A DNA stretch of 62,836 bases, the filler included, from an uncultured bacterium (GTDB taxonomy: Bacteria; DAOPZR01), in assembly GCA_964637655.1 (NCBI GenBank). It is 6 parts of 6 records of this genome, joined end to end, with 100 filler letters (N's around TTAATTAATTAA, not from the genome) between each part and the next. Parts side by side here need not be neighbours in the genome. Positions count along the whole stretch, not along the records: positions 21,213 to 31,652 come from CAZWUZ010000126.1; positions 31,753 to 42,092 come from CAZWUZ010000127.1; 4 more parts are not named here. The stretch is one strand, 5' to 3'. Positions 28,264 to 42,192 of the stretch are shown one piece after another. Numbering within the stretch: position 1 is the first letter of the stretch; every line of letters starts with the position of its first letter. The notes beneath the pieces are model-generated. The model ran no database searches. It saw only the letters and a list, made by a program, of their open reading frames with translations, and was not told the origin of the DNA. Both the position numbers and the translations under genes were made by a program.

Positions 28264-29022
28264 ATGGTACGGATACTGACGGGACTGGCGGTGCTGCTGC
28301 TGACGGCCGGGGCGGCGGTGGCGGAATCGCCGACGCTCGAACTGGATGCGCGCTACTGGCTGACCAACCTGACCATGAAGGCGAAAGTGACGCAGAACGG
28401 GGTGGGCACGGACATCAACTTCGTCGATCAACTCGGGCTTGGCGACGAGAATTTCGCCGATGTGCGCCTGCTCTGGTATACCGGCCCGGAAAGCAGCATC
28501 CGGCTTGCCTACAACAAGATCGGGTTTGACGGCAGCCGGAATATCACCGAGCAACTGGTGTTTGACGGAAAAACCTACACCATCAATACGCCGGTCAGCA
28601 CCAGTGTTGACGTGGAAAACTACCGGCTCGGGTGGACCTGGCAGTTCGTGCAGGCGGACGAAGGCCGGTTCCGTTTCGGGACCGTGCTGGAACTGAAGGG
28701 CTTTGTGGTTGATGCCCGCCTGGCGGCACCGGCCCTCAACATCAATGAGGCGGACAAGGTGGCGGGCGCCCTGCCGACGGTGGGACTGGCCGCCAACTGG
28801 CAGGTCCATCCCATGGTCGACCTGTTCGGCGAAATCGGCGGTATTTCCGCCGGCAGCTACGGCTACTTTCTCGATGGCGAAGCAGGGGTGAAGTTCGTCC
28901 CGGTCGAGAATTTCAGCATCATCGGCGGCTACCGTGTATTCGACCTGAAGGCGGAAAACAACAACGACTACGCGCGCCTGAAGTTCGCGGGTCCGTTTGT
29001 CGGCGCTACTGCCTGGTTCTGA
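28264..29022 (+). CDS. Outer-membrane beta-barrel protein
   Basis: GGAGG RBS, signal peptide, alternating amphipathic strands, C-terminal GPFVGATAWF. Confidence 0.82.
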   Translation: MVRILTGLAVLLLTAGAAVAESPTLELDARYWLTNLTMKAKVTQNGVGTDINFVDQLGLGDENFADVRLLWYTGPESSIRLAYNKIGFDGSRNITEQLVFDGKTYTINTPVSTSVDVENYRLGWTWQFVQADEGRFRFGTVLELKGFVVDARLAAPALNINEADKVAGALPTVGLAANWQVHPMVDLFGEIGGISAGSYGYFLDGEAGVKFVPVENFSIIGGYRVFDLKAENNNDYARLKFAGPFVGATAWF

Positions 29023-29079
29023 CGGAAGTCAACCGGCGGCACCGGGCGGCGCTGTTCCGGTTGCCCGGCGTCGTGACGG

Positions 29080-30015
29080 TCAGGCCGGTACGGTCAGGCC
29101 GAACGCGGCCGCCTTTTCCCGGTTGTAGACCATGCGCGTCTGCGGGTGCGGAACGATGGGAATGGCGGCAGGCGGGGTGCCGGCAAGAATCTGCCGCGCC
29201 AGCCCGGCCGCATCGTACCCGCATTGCCGGAAATCGATGAGCAGCGAGGCGACCGCCTCATTCTGTGTTTCGTCAAGAAAACCGAACAGCGGTTTGCGTG
29301 ACTGACGCGCGGCGGCAATAACGCCGGCCATGCCGGCCCCGACGCAGTTGTCGGCAATCTGGCAGACCGCGTCGATATCGCGACTGCAGAGCGCGGTGGC
29401 CGCATCGGCAATCTCCGCCGAGGTGCTGACCGGGACGCTGACGAGGGTCAACCCGGCGGCGCGGCAGGCGGTGTCGAGCGCGTCGCGGTAGGAGACGGAA
29501 TTGACCTCGGTGGGGACGAAGAGTGTGCCCAGCGTGCGACATTCCGGCATGACCCGGCGGATGGCGGCGACCATCGGGGCCATGTCGACCATGCTGCAGA
29601 TGCCGGTGATATTCGGCTGATGGTCAGTGAAGGTGCGGCCTGCCCCCGCTGCCAGCGGCGTGGCGGAATTGGTAAAGACCACGGGCGTCGACGTAATGCG
29701 CTGCGTTGCCGCCTGCAGGGCGGGCGTTGACGAAATGAAAATCAGGTCGTAGCCGGCGGCATCAGCGGCGGTGACCATGGTGGTGAGCGTCGCCATGTCA
29801 CCCTGCGCATTGCTGACCGTGAGCGTATAGTCGCGGTCGCGCACCATGCCGGCGGCAGTCAACCCGTCGCTGACCCCGGCCAGGGCGGCTTCGGTGAGCG
29901 GATTGTCCGACAGCCCGATGAAACAGAATTTTTTTGACCCGGGCATACCGGTCCCGGCGGGCGTGCCGCAGGCGGCGAGCAGCAGCAGGAACAGCAGCGG
30001 GATGAACCGGCGCAT
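29080..30015 (-). CDS. ABC-type substrate-binding lipoprotein (ABC_sub_bind family)
   Basis: Lipobox LLAAC; NAQGD, STPALQA, PVVFT, NITG, EVNS; no permease adjacent. Confidence 0.85.
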   Translation of the reverse strand: MRRFIPLLFLLLLAACGTPAGTGMPGSKKFCFIGLSDNPLTEAALAGVSDGLTAAGMVRDRDYTLTVSNAQGDMATLTTMVTAADAAGYDLIFISSTPALQAATQRITSTPVVFTNSATPLAAGAGRTFTDHQPNITGICSMVDMAPMVAAIRRVMPECRTLGTLFVPTEVNSVSYRDALDTACRAAGLTLVSVPVSTSAEIADAATALCSRDIDAVCQIADNCVGAGMAGVIAAARQSRKPLFGFLDETQNEAVASLLIDFRQCGYDAAGLARQILAGTPPAAIPIVPHPQTRMVYNREKAAAFGLTVPA

Positions 30016-30050
30016 GGGAATCTCCGTGGCCGGTAGAGGCCGGCGCGGGC

Positions 30051-30079
30051 AGCATACCAGCGGCGGGAGGGCGGGTCAA
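30051..30079 (-). promoter_or_regulatory. Sigma70-type promoter of the ABC binding protein gene
   Basis: TTGACC-17 nt-TATGCT with TG extension, minus strand. Confidence 0.6.
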
Positions 30080-30116
30080 CTGCCGGCTGCCGCCGATTCT
30101 GCTATACTTGGCGCCT

Positions 30117-31652
30117 ATGGCACAGGACTTCGACATTATTGTGGTCGGTGGCGGACACGCGGGCTACGAGGCGGCACAGGCGGCGGCGAAACTCGGCGCG
30201 CGGACGCTGCTGGTGGCACTCGACCTCACGAAACTGGGTGAACTGTCGTGCAACCCTGCCGTCGGCGGACTGGCCAAGGGGCAGATGGTGCGCGAAATCG
30301 ACGCGCTGGGCGGCCTGATCGGGAAACTCGCCGACCGCAGCGGCATCCAGTTCCGCACGCTCAACCGCGGCAAGGGGCCGGCGGTGCGCGCCACGCGCAC
30401 GCAGAACGACCGCACCCGTTTCGTGCAGGAGACGATTGCCGCGCTGGCAGCGACGGAAAATCTGACGTTGCAGGCCGGAGAGGTGACGGGTATTACCGTC
30501 GACCGCGGTGCGGCGCGCGGCGTGGTGCTGCGCGACGGTACGAGCATCAGCAGTCGCGCGGTGATTCTCGCCTGCGGGACGTTTCTCAACGGGCTTATCC
30601 ATATCGGCATGGAGAGTTTTCCGGCAGGAAGGATGGGGGAACCGGCCGCCTGCGGATTGACGGAATGTCTGCAGGGGCTGGGCATACGCAGCGCGCGACT
30701 CAAGACGGGAACCCCGGCACGACTCAACCGGCATACCATCGATTATGCGGTGATGGTCGAACAGCGGGGAGAAGTACCGCCGCCATTCTTTTCGCTGGAG
30801 AGTACGCAGGTGCTGCTGCCGCAGGTCTCCTGTTTTCTGACCCATACCACGGAAGCAACGCACAGGATTATCAGGGAGAATCTTGACCGTTCGCCGCTGT
30901 TCAGCGGGAAGATACAAGGCACTGGTCCGAGATATTGCCCGTCAATCGAAGATAAAGTGGTAAGATTCTCGCAAAACCTTACACATCAGGTATTTATAGA
31001 ACCGGAAGGAATTAATTCACATCTGGTTTACCTGAACGGGGTGTCAAGTTCATTGCCAAAAGACGTGCAGGAAGCGATGATTCCGTCGATTACCGGACTG
31101 GAAAAGGCAAAGATAGAGCAGTATGCCTATGCGATAGAATATGATTTTTTTCCACCGGTACAATTGCTGCACACCCTTGAGTCGAAGATTGTTGAAAATC
31201 TGTATTGTGCCGGGCAGATCAATGGGACATCAGGATATGAGGAAGCAGCGGCACAGGGGCTGGTTGCCGGGGTGAATGCCGCGCGGAAAATTGACGGGAA
31301 GGGCGAATGGATCCTTTCCCGTGAGGAAGCGTATATCGGGGTGTTGATCGATGACCTCGTAAGCAGGGGGACTGAAGAACCATACCGTATGTTTACTTCG
31401 CGGGCTGAACATCGCCTTACCTTGCGCGATGACAACGCGTATTTCCGCCTGACTGATATTGGGCATGTGTTGGGGATGGTTGGCGAGGAAAGAATAAGAG
31501 CAGTGCAAAAAATGAAAGAACTGTCAGACACGACCATCAGGTACATGCGCGCAACCAGGGTTGACAGTACGATGCAGGAAGCACTCTGCAAGGCATGGGG
31601 CAGAAAAGAACAGGTCAAGGGTATGCTGCTTTATGATGTTGCTAAGCGTGCT
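30117..31652 (+). CDS. mnmG: tRNA uridine-5-carboxymethylaminomethyl modification enzyme MnmG (3' end truncated)
   Basis: VVGGGHAG, SCNPAVGG, KGPAVRA, RLKTGTP, GPRYCPSIEDK, AGQINGTSGYEEAAAQG, EPYRMFTSRAE. Confidence 0.97.
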
Positions 31653-31752
31653 NNNNNNNNNNNNNNNNNNNNNNNNNNNNNNNNNNNNNNNNNNNNTTAA
31701 TTAATTAANNNNNNNNNNNNNNNNNNNNNNNNNNNNNNNNNNNNNNNNNNNN
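31653..31752. other. Artificial contig linker
   Basis: N44-TTAATTAATTAA-N44. Confidence 0.99.
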
Positions 31753-34603
<2,851 letters not shown>

Positions 34604-34607
<4 letters not shown>

Positions 34608-36130
34608 GCCGCTCCGGCCGGTACCAGCGGAAAGGTCAGGGTAAACCGTGTGCCGCTGCGCGGCCGGCTGCTCACCGCAATGCTGCCGCCATGTTCGCTG
34701 ACAATGCCATGCACCACCGGCAGCCCGAGCCCGGTGCCGCGTCCCGCCTCCTTGGTGGTGAAAAACGGGTCGAAAATGCGCGACAGTATTTCGGGCGCAA
34801 TGCCGCTGCCGGTATCACTGACGGTCAGGGTGATTCCATCCGCGGTGCGGCGCGTCGCCAGCGTCAGCGTCCCGCCGTCCGGCATCGCCTGCAAAGCGTT
34901 CACCGCCAGATTGGTCAGCACCTGCCGCATCTGTACCGCGTCCGCCGGCAGTACCGGCAACGCCGGCGCCAGGTCGCGCACCACCGTCACCGCCTGCCGC
35001 ACCGCCAGCTGTTCGATAAAGTCGAGTTCGCCGGTCAGCAGAGCATTGAGGTCAAGCGCGGTTCTCTGCGCCGGCAGCTGCCGCGCGAACATCAGCAGGT
35101 TCTTGACAATCTGCCGCGCGTGCATCGCCGCCCCGACAATGCGTTCGAGGTCGTGCGCCGCCTGCCCGGGGAGCGGCCCGCTCTTCTGCACCAGTTGCGC
35201 GAACCCGAGCACCGCGCCCAGCGGCTCGTTGAGTTCGTGCGCCACCCCCGCGGCCAGCTGCCCGATGGTCGCCAGCCGGTCGGCATGCCGCAACTGTTCC
35301 TGCACCGCCGCCTGCTCCTCCTCCGCCTCGCGCTGCTCGATGAGCAGGCAGAGTTGCCGGGCGACAGTTTCCAGCAGCTGCCGCTCCTCGGCGAGAAACG
35401 GGCCCTCGTCTAGTTCGATATGGGGCCGGCGGTACCCCGCCGTCAGCGCGCCGCGCACCTGCCGGCCGAAACGCAGGTCGGCAGTCAATGCGGCTGCCGG
35501 GGTTGCCGTCGCGTCACCATACACCGTGCCATCCAGTTCCAGGCGCACCAGCACATCATCGGCATGCAGCCACGCGGCCGCAATGACCGGCAGCGACGCG
35601 GTCAGCAGGTCCGGCAGCGGCTGGCCCGGCCGGGCCAGTCGCGCCAGTCCGTTGAGACAGGCCAGTTCCTTCACCCGTTCGCGCAGCGTCAGGCGGCTCC
35701 AGAACAGCATCACCGCCAGTTCGAGCCACGCCCCCAGTTCGCGCCAGGCCGCAACCGTGCGCATGCCGGCTGCAGCCGGTACCTGCCGCACGCAACACCA
35801 GCCGGCAGCCCGGACACCGCTGCGCAGGCGCACCTGCCACCCGTCGGCCTGTCGCGTCACCGACGCCCCGCCGCGCGGCTCATGCCAGGGAGCCACCGCA
35901 ACGGCGCGCCGCCGCTGCCGGGCACGGTCGCTGAAGCAATACTGTTTTTCCCCGCGCCGCAGGCAGAGTTCCACTTCGCTGCAGGCGAGTTCCTGACGGA
36001 TGTGCCGGGCGGCCAGCGGCAGGAAATCCGCCAGCGAACCGATCCGGTCCATCCGCAGCGTCAGTTCATTGAGCAGGGTGCGGCCGATACTGCCGGGCGC
36101 CACCGCTGTTGTCTGCCGTGCCGGTGTCAT
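34604..36130 (-). CDS. Sensor histidine kinase (NtrB-like core)
   Basis: AGVAHELNEPL, NLAVNA, DTGSGI, FDPFFTTK, GTGLGL; start ATG 36130 or GTG 36181. Confidence 0.9.
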
Positions 36131-36177
36131 GCCGGACAGTATAGCACCGGCCGCACCGGCGAACAATCCGCCGTCCT

Positions 36178-36810
36178 TCACGCCGGATGGGCCACCGCCA
36201 CCCCTGCCCCGCCGGCCATGCGGGCAAGCAGCACCTCCCCCTTCGCCCGGCAGCGGGTGAAGATTTCCTCAACCTCGGCCGCGGTGAGAAAATCCCAGTA
36301 GTCGACGTGGTAGGCGCGCTCCACCATGGCGCGGTAGGCGGCAAAATCCGTCGCCGCTCCGGTCTGCAGCGCCCGCACATACTCGGCATACTCGCGGGCC
36401 GCCAGCAACGGCACGCCCTCGCTGTCCTCGTAGCCGAACATGCGCATCCCCGCAAACAACGCCTCCGCTTCGGTACCGCCGGTAATCACCAGCGGCAGCA
36501 GCGTGCCGCAGTGCATCACCACCAGGTACTCGAGATAGCGTACGAAACCCGGCCAGTCATGCCGCTGCAGCACCGCGTGGTTGCTGAGAAACCCGCTCCC
36601 CGCCAGCAGGGTGGCGCGGCTGATGCCGTCCGCGATATCCGCCTCCCCCGTGACGCAGAAGACCGTGCGCCGCGGCGCCACCTCGCACTGCAGGTTGACT
36701 GCCGTTGCCAGCGTGCGCAGGCAGGCGGCCGCGTCACGCGCCGGGTCGTGCAGGCAGGCATGTACTGCCCGCCGGATGAGTTGCCGCTGATAGGGTCGGC
36801 TGTTCTGCAT
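36178..36810 (-). CDS. Hypothetical protein
   Basis: GAGG RBS; fills the gap between the hydrolase and kinase genes; no motif recognised. Confidence 0.65.
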   Translation of the reverse strand: MQNSRPYQRQLIRRAVHACLHDPARDAAACLRTLATAVNLQCEVAPRRTVFCVTGEADIADGISRATLLAGSGFLSNHAVLQRHDWPGFVRYLEYLVVMHCGTLLPLVITGGTEAEALFAGMRMFGYEDSEGVPLLAAREYAEYVRALQTGAATDFAAYRAMVERAYHVDYWDFLTAAEVEEIFTRCRAKGEVLLARMAGGAGVAVAHPA

Positions 36811-36828
36811 GATACGCCTCGCTTTCCG

Positions 36829-37677
36829 TTACGTCCGCAGCAGGTACGGACGGTAGCTGTCGACATTGCGGTCGCCCAGATGGTCAACCAGGCGCGGCAG
36901 CGGGCAATGGGCCGTGCCGCGCTGCAGCAGGCGCGGCGCCAGTCGGGCATAAATGATTTCCTCGCCGCCACGCGCCAGCGCCAGTTTCTCCGCGGCCGGT
37001 GAGACGATCATGCTGTGCCCGTAGTACTGGTTGCCCGCCGCGTCCGTGCCCACCGCGTTTGCCGCGACCATGTACAGATTGTTCTCATACGCCCGCGCCC
37101 GGTTGGTCAGGTCCCAAATCTCGAAGTTGCGCAGGAAGGCCGCCGGGCGGGCGACGATTTCCGCCCCCTGCACCGCCAGTGCGCGCGTCAGTTCGGGAAA
37201 ATCACCGTCGTAGCAGATGATCATGCCGATGACCCCGAGCGCCGTGCGGAACACGGGAATCGTGTGCCCCGGGGTGGTCCAGCCGCCGTGCCGCGCGCTC
37301 TCCGTCGGGAACGGGTGGGTCTTGCGATAGACGCCGATGATGTCACCCGTCTCCCCGATCAGCAGCGCACTGTTGTAAACGCGCCCGACGCTGCGCCCGC
37401 GCTCATAGGTGGGCAGCACGCAGTAGCTGCGCGTCGCCTTGGCCAGCCGCCGCAGCGGGCGCAGGTAGCCGCCCATATCCTTCGGGATGCGCTGGTAGAA
37501 CGCGCGCGCGCTCAGGGCCGGGTGAAAGCCGCTGGTCACCGATTCGGGAAACACCACCAGCGAGGCATGGCATTCACGCACCGCCCGCTCATGCCACAGA
37601 CAGAGCTTTTCGAGGTTGTCGCGAAATGCCAGCGGCTGTACCGTCACCTGCACGCTCGCCGCGATGAATTCCCGCAT
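36829..37677 (-). CDS. Carbon-nitrogen hydrolase (nitrilase/amidase superfamily)
   Basis: Catalytic triad motifs VFPES, YRKTH, ICYDGDFPE; RARAYEN; GGAGG RBS. Confidence 0.92.
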   Translation of the reverse strand: MREFIAASVQVTVQPLAFRDNLEKLCLWHERAVRECHASLVVFPESVTSGFHPALSARAFYQRIPKDMGGYLRPLRRLAKATRSYCVLPTYERGRSVGRVYNSALLIGETGDIIGVYRKTHPFPTESARHGGWTTPGHTIPVFRTALGVIGMIICYDGDFPELTRALAVQGAEIVARPAAFLRNFEIWDLTNRARAYENNLYMVAANAVGTDAAGNQYYGHSMIVSPAAEKLALARGGEEIIYARLAPRLLQRGTAHCPLPRLVDHLGDRNVDSYRPYLLRT

Positions 37678-37925
37678 CGGTTGCCCTCCGTGCGCACCTG
37701 CCGCGCGCCACGTCACACCGTAAAGCAAGCGGCGCGCCAGATGGACCATCAGCCCGCAGCGCCTCTGCTGGTGCCGTTTACACACGGCCCGCGCGACCGG
37801 CACCGGGAGCTTATACCCCGGCGGGGTGTTTTACCCCGCCGGCAGAAATTGTCTGCCGCACGCAGCGCAGCCGGTTGGCAGTGGCAGGATTATTGCTTCC
37901 TCTCAGCAGAGGACAGGAGGAATCC

Positions 37926-39563
37926 ATGCACACACACCGCAGGGATGAATATCAGGCCCGGTTGCAGGCCGGGTCAGCCGCCGCCGCCGCACAGGGAAAA
38001 CTCGTCGCCCCGGACGCGGCCACACGCCTGCTGGCCGCCGTCATCCGCAGCGGCGACCGCGTCTGCCTCGAGGGTGACAATCAGAAGCAGGCGGATTTTC
38101 TTGCCCGCGCACTCGTGGCGCTCGACCCGCAGCAGGTGCACGATCTGCATATGGTGCAGTCATCGGTGGTGCTGCCGGAACATCTCGAGGTGTTCCGCCG
38201 CGGCATCGCCCGCCGTCTCGATTTCGCCTATGCCGGCCCGCAGAGCAAGGCGCTGGCCGCACTGGCGGCGGACGGCACCGTGGCTATCGGCGCCATCCAC
38301 ACCTACCTCGAGCTCTACGGCCGCTACTTTGTCGATCTCACCCCGCACGTGGCGCTGCTGGTGGCGGAGGCCTGTGATGCGCAGGGCAACCTCTTCACCG
38401 GCGCCAACACCGAGGACACCCCGACCATCGCCGAGGCGACGCATTTTTCCCGCGGCGTCGTCATCGTGCAGGTACAGGAACAGCTGACGACGCTGCCCCG
38501 CGTCGATATTCCCGCCGACTGGGTCGATTTCATCATCGTCACCGGCGAGGAGTGCCGCCTGCAGCCGCTCTTCACCCGCGACCCGGCAAAGATTTCGGGA
38601 CAGCAGGTGCTGATGGCGATGCTCGCGCTCAAGGGCATCTACCAGCCCTACGGGGTGCAGTCACTCAATCATGGCATCGGCTATGCCACTGCCGCCATCG
38701 AACTGCTCCTCCCCACCTACGGGGTCGAACTCGGGCTGCGGGGGACGGGCTGCACGCACTGGGTGCTCAACCCGCACCCGACGATGATTCCCGCCATCGA
38801 GGCGGGGTTCGTGCAGCGCATCCACAGTTTCGGCGGCGAGCCGGGCATGGAGCGCTACGTGCGCGCGCGCAGCGACATCTTTTTCATCGGCAGCGACGGG
38901 CACCTGCGTTCCAACCGCTGCGCCGCGCACTTTGCCGGCCTGTATGCCATCGACCTGTTCATCGGGGCCACGCTGCAGATCGACCGGCACGGCAACAGTT
39001 CCACCGCCATCCGCGGCATGCTCGCCGGTTTTGGCGGCGGCCCGAACCTCGGGGGCACCGCCCCGGGGCAGCGCCATTGCAGCACCGCCAACCGCCGGGC
39101 GGGACGCGAGGAAGACGGCATTTTCCACCCGCGCAAGCTGGTGGTGCAGATCACGCCAACCGTCAGCGAAAAGAAGGGCATCCCGGTCTTTGTCGATGAA
39201 CTCGACGCCGTGGGGCTTGCCCGCGACGGCATTTTCCCTGCGCCGCCGGTGATGATTACCGGCGATCAGGTGACGCACATCGTAACCGGGCAGGGGATCG
39301 CGTTTCTCGACCGCTGCCCGGACGCACGCGTACGCCGGCAGGCAGTGGCTGCCGTCGCCGGCGACACGCCGGTAGGCCGCACCATGACGAAAACCGTGTT
39401 TGACGAATTGCGACGGAAACAGGTGGTGCAGACCCCGGCTGATCTGGGCATCGACCCGGCCACCGCCACGCCGGACCGGCTCGCGGCGCGCAGCATTGCT
39501 GACCTGGTGCGCCTCTCCGGCGGCCTGTACGACCCGCCGCCACCATTCGACCGGCTGGTCTAG
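37926..39563 (+). CDS. mdcA: Malonate decarboxylase alpha subunit (malonate:acetyl-ACP transferase)
   Basis: GDRVCLEGDNQKQADFL, IGAIHTYLELYGRYFVDLTP, TGANTEDTP, SLNHGIG, WVLNPHPT, AGFGGGPN. Confidence 0.92.
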   Translation: MHTHRRDEYQARLQAGSAAAAAQGKLVAPDAATRLLAAVIRSGDRVCLEGDNQKQADFLARALVALDPQQVHDLHMVQSSVVLPEHLEVFRRGIARRLDFAYAGPQSKALAALAADGTVAIGAIHTYLELYGRYFVDLTPHVALLVAEACDAQGNLFTGANTEDTPTIAEATHFSRGVVIVQVQEQLTTLPRVDIPADWVDFIIVTGEECRLQPLFTRDPAKISGQQVLMAMLALKGIYQPYGVQSLNHGIGYATAAIELLLPTYGVELGLRGTGCTHWVLNPHPTMIPAIEAGFVQRIHSFGGEPGMERYVRARSDIFFIGSDGHLRSNRCAAHFAGLYAIDLFIGATLQIDRHGNSSTAIRGMLAGFGGGPNLGGTAPGQRHCSTANRRAGREEDGIFHPRKLVVQITPTVSEKKGIPVFVDELDAVGLARDGIFPAPPVMITGDQVTHIVTGQGIAFLDRCPDARVRRQAVAAVAGDTPVGRTMTKTVFDELRRKQVVQTPADLGIDPATATPDRLAARSIADLVRLSGGLYDPPPPFDRLV

Positions 39564-39603
39564 AACAGGCCCGGTGCAGGCGCCGCGGTCAGCCGCGACG
39601 CAT

Positions 39604-40572
39604 TCATTTTCCGGCCAGCAGTCCTTCCGCCAGCGCCAGCGCGCGGGCGGTCAGTCCGGCAACTGTTCCGCTGCCGGCGAACCCGGCAGCGAATTCATGG
39701 CCGCCACCGCCCAGTTTCTCCGCCAGCCGCACCACCGGCACGGTGCCACGGCTGCGCACGCTCCCCTTGACCACGCCGGGTGCCGTCTCGAAAAAAATGA
39801 GGAATATTTCCGCGTCGCGCAGCGTGCGGATGACATCGATGAACCCCTCGAGGTCACCCGCCGTCACGCCGTGCGCCTGCAGGTCCGCCTGTGTCAGGAA
39901 GGTGTGCGCAATGCGCCCGTCCGCCGCCGTGCGCAGGCGTTCCAGCGCCCGCCCGATAAGTTTCAGCCGCGGCAGCGTGCTGCGATGGTAGATGCGGTCG
40001 TCGATGCCACGCGCGTCGATGCCGGTGGTCAGCAGGTCTGCCGCAACGCGATGCGCGCGCACCAGCCCGTTGCCGTAGCTGAAGCGCCCCGTGTCGGTGA
40101 CAATGCCGACGTAGAGTGGTTCGGCGATGGCCGCGGTCAGCGGCACGTCCAGTGCGCGCAGCAGGTCAGCCACCAGTTCCGCGGTCGACGAAAACTCCGT
40201 GTCGATAACCGCCACCGTTGCCGCCGGGTCGGGCACCTGCGGATGATGATCGATGATGAGCCGCCGCGCCCCGGCGCGTTTCAGCGCCTCGGCGTGTGTC
40301 CCGATGCGCCGCCATTGCGCGATGTCGAGCACGATGACCGTGTCCGCCGCCGGCAGCGTTGCCGTGACGGTTATTTCACCATGATCGAGAAAAGCGTATT
40401 TTTCCGGTGGGGGCGCATCCGCCAGTGCCACCGCTTTCTTGCCGAGCACGCGCAGCGCGCGCAGCAGCCCGAGTTGCGACCCGAGGGCGTCGCCGTCCGG
40501 CGTGACATGCGTGCAGACGATGAACGACTGCCCGGCGCGGATGGCGTCAACAACCGCCGACCAGTCGGGCAT
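39604..40572 (-). CDS. DHH/DHHA1 phosphoesterase (NrnA-like oligoribonuclease/PAP phosphatase)
   Basis: HVTPDGDALGS, IIDHH, GIVTDTG, GGGGHEFAAG. Confidence 0.92.
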   Translation of the reverse strand: MPDWSAVVDAIRAGQSFIVCTHVTPDGDALGSQLGLLRALRVLGKKAVALADAPPPEKYAFLDHGEITVTATLPAADTVIVLDIAQWRRIGTHAEALKRAGARRLIIDHHPQVPDPAATVAVIDTEFSSTAELVADLLRALDVPLTAAIAEPLYVGIVTDTGRFSYGNGLVRAHRVAADLLTTGIDARGIDDRIYHRSTLPRLKLIGRALERLRTAADGRIAHTFLTQADLQAHGVTAGDLEGFIDVIRTLRDAEIFLIFFETAPGVVKGSVRSRGTVPVVRLAEKLGGGGHEFAAGFAGSGTVAGLTARALALAEGLLAGK

Positions 40573-42092
40573 CAGGCGTTCCCCGCCGCGCGGTACGCGG
40601 CATACGCGTAATAGCCGCCCGCCAGGTTGTATACCCGGGCAAAGCCGTGCTGCATGAGGATACGGCAGGCCAGATACGAGCGCTGGCCCACCGCGCAATG
40701 CACGATGTACTCAGCTGCCGGGTCGAGTTCACCGAGCCGCACACGCAGGTCGTCGATGGGAATATGCACCGCCCCGTCAAGCTGCCCGCGCCGGAACTCG
40801 CCCGCCGTGCGCACATCCAGCACCAGCGCCCCGGCTGCCGTCCGCGCCGCCACTTCCGTGCAGGAAACACTCTGCAGCATTCCGGTCAGCTGGTTTTCCG
40901 CCACCAGCGCCGCGACATTGACCGCATCGCGTGCCGACCCGTAGGGCGGCGCATACGCCGATTCGAAACGCACCAGATCGGCAACCGTGCCGCCCATGGC
41001 GAGGTAGGCAGCGAGCACATCGAGCCGCTTGTCCGCGCCGTCTTTGCCCACCGCCTGCCCGCCCAGCAGTTTCCCGTCAGGCGCGTATACGAGTTTGACG
41101 CTCAGCAGTTCCGCCCCGGGATAGTAGCCCGCGTGGCTGTTGGCGTGGATCAGCGCCGTGCGGCAGTCAATGCCCGCGCGCCGGCAGGCGCGCTCACTGA
41201 GCCCGACACACCCCGCTCCGAGCTCGAACACCCTGGCGATGGCCGTGCCCAGCGCCCCGGTATACTCCGTCGGGCGCCCCGCGATGTTGTCGGCAATAAC
41301 CCGCCCCTGCTTGTTGGCCGGGCCCGCCAGCGGGATGAGCGCCGGCGTGCCCGTCACGCGATTGACGATTTCCACCGCGTCACCCGCGGCATATATGTTC
41401 GGATCGCTGGTGCGCAGGTGTTTGTCCACCGCGATGCCGCCCGTCGGGCCGAGGGCAAGTCCCGCGTCCCGCGCCAGCGCCGTTTCCGGCACCACCCCGA
41501 CCGCCAGCAGCACGGCATCAGTCGTCAGTTCCGCGCCGGTCGACAGCGACAGCACCGCGCGCCCCTGCTCTTCCCGCGCCCCGGTCACGGTCGTCCCGCA
41601 ATGGCATGCCACGCCGCAGCGCTGCACTTCCTGCTGCACCAGTGCCGCCATCTCGACATCGAGCGGCGCCAGCACCTGCGGTGCCGCCTCGATCACCTGC
41701 ACCTGCAGGCCGCGCGCGTGCAGATTTTCCGCCACTTCGAGCCCGATGAACCCCGCCCCGACCACGGTGAACGTGCGCGCCGCAGCAACCGCCGCGATGA
41801 TGCCGTCCATGTCACCCAGCGTGCGCAGGCGGTGCGCCCGCGCCGGGGCAAGCCCGTCGATAACCACCGGGCGCGGTTCCGCCCCCGGCGTCAGCACCAG
41901 CGTGTCGTACGTTTCGGCGTACGTGCTGCCGTCGGCACGCCGCACCGTCACGGTTTTCGCCGCGCAGTCGATGGCGAGCACCGTGCTCTGCAGCCGCACC
42001 CCGATGTTGAGCCGCGCGCGAAAACCCTCCGGGGTCTGCAGCAGCAGGTCGTCGCGGTCAGCGATCACCCCGCTCAGATGGTACGGCATGCC
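40572..42092 (-). CDS. CoA-disulfide reductase/NADH oxidase-family flavoprotein with C-terminal rhodanese domain (5' end truncated)
   Basis: VVGAGFIGLE, IYAAGD, PLAGPANKQG, HAGYYPGA, AYAPPY; rhodanese LDVR...CAVGQRS...NLAGG. Confidence 0.9.
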   Translation of the reverse strand, partial: GMPYHLSGVIADRDDLLLQTPEGFRARLNIGVRLQSTVLAIDCAAKTVTVRRADGSTYAETYDTLVLTPGAEPRPVVIDGLAPARAHRLRTLGDMDGIIAAVAAARTFTVVGAGFIGLEVAENLHARGLQVQVIEAAPQVLAPLDVEMAALVQQEVQRCGVACHCGTTVTGAREEQGRAVLSLSTGAELTTDAVLLAVGVVPETALARDAGLALGPTGGIAVDKHLRTSDPNIYAAGDAVEIVNRVTGTPALIPLAGPANKQGRVIADNIAGRPTEYTGALGTAIARVFELGAGCVGLSERACRRAGIDCRTALIHANSHAGYYPGAELLSVKLVYAPDGKLLGGQAVGKDGADKRLDVLAAYLAMGGTVADLVRFESAYAPPYGSARDAVNVAALVAENQLTGMLQSVSCTEVAARTAAGALVLDVRTAGEFRRGQLDGAVHIPIDDLRVRLGELDPAAEYIVHCAVGQRSYLACRILMQHGFARVYNLAGGYYAYAAYRAAGNA

Positions 42093-42192
42093 NNNNNNNN
42101 NNNNNNNNNNNNNNNNNNNNNNNNNNNNNNNNNNNNTTAATTAATTAANNNNNNNNNNNNNNNNNNNNNNNNNNNNNNNNNNNNNNNNNNNN
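42093..42192. other. Artificial contig linker
   Basis: N44-TTAATTAATTAA-N44. Confidence 0.99.
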
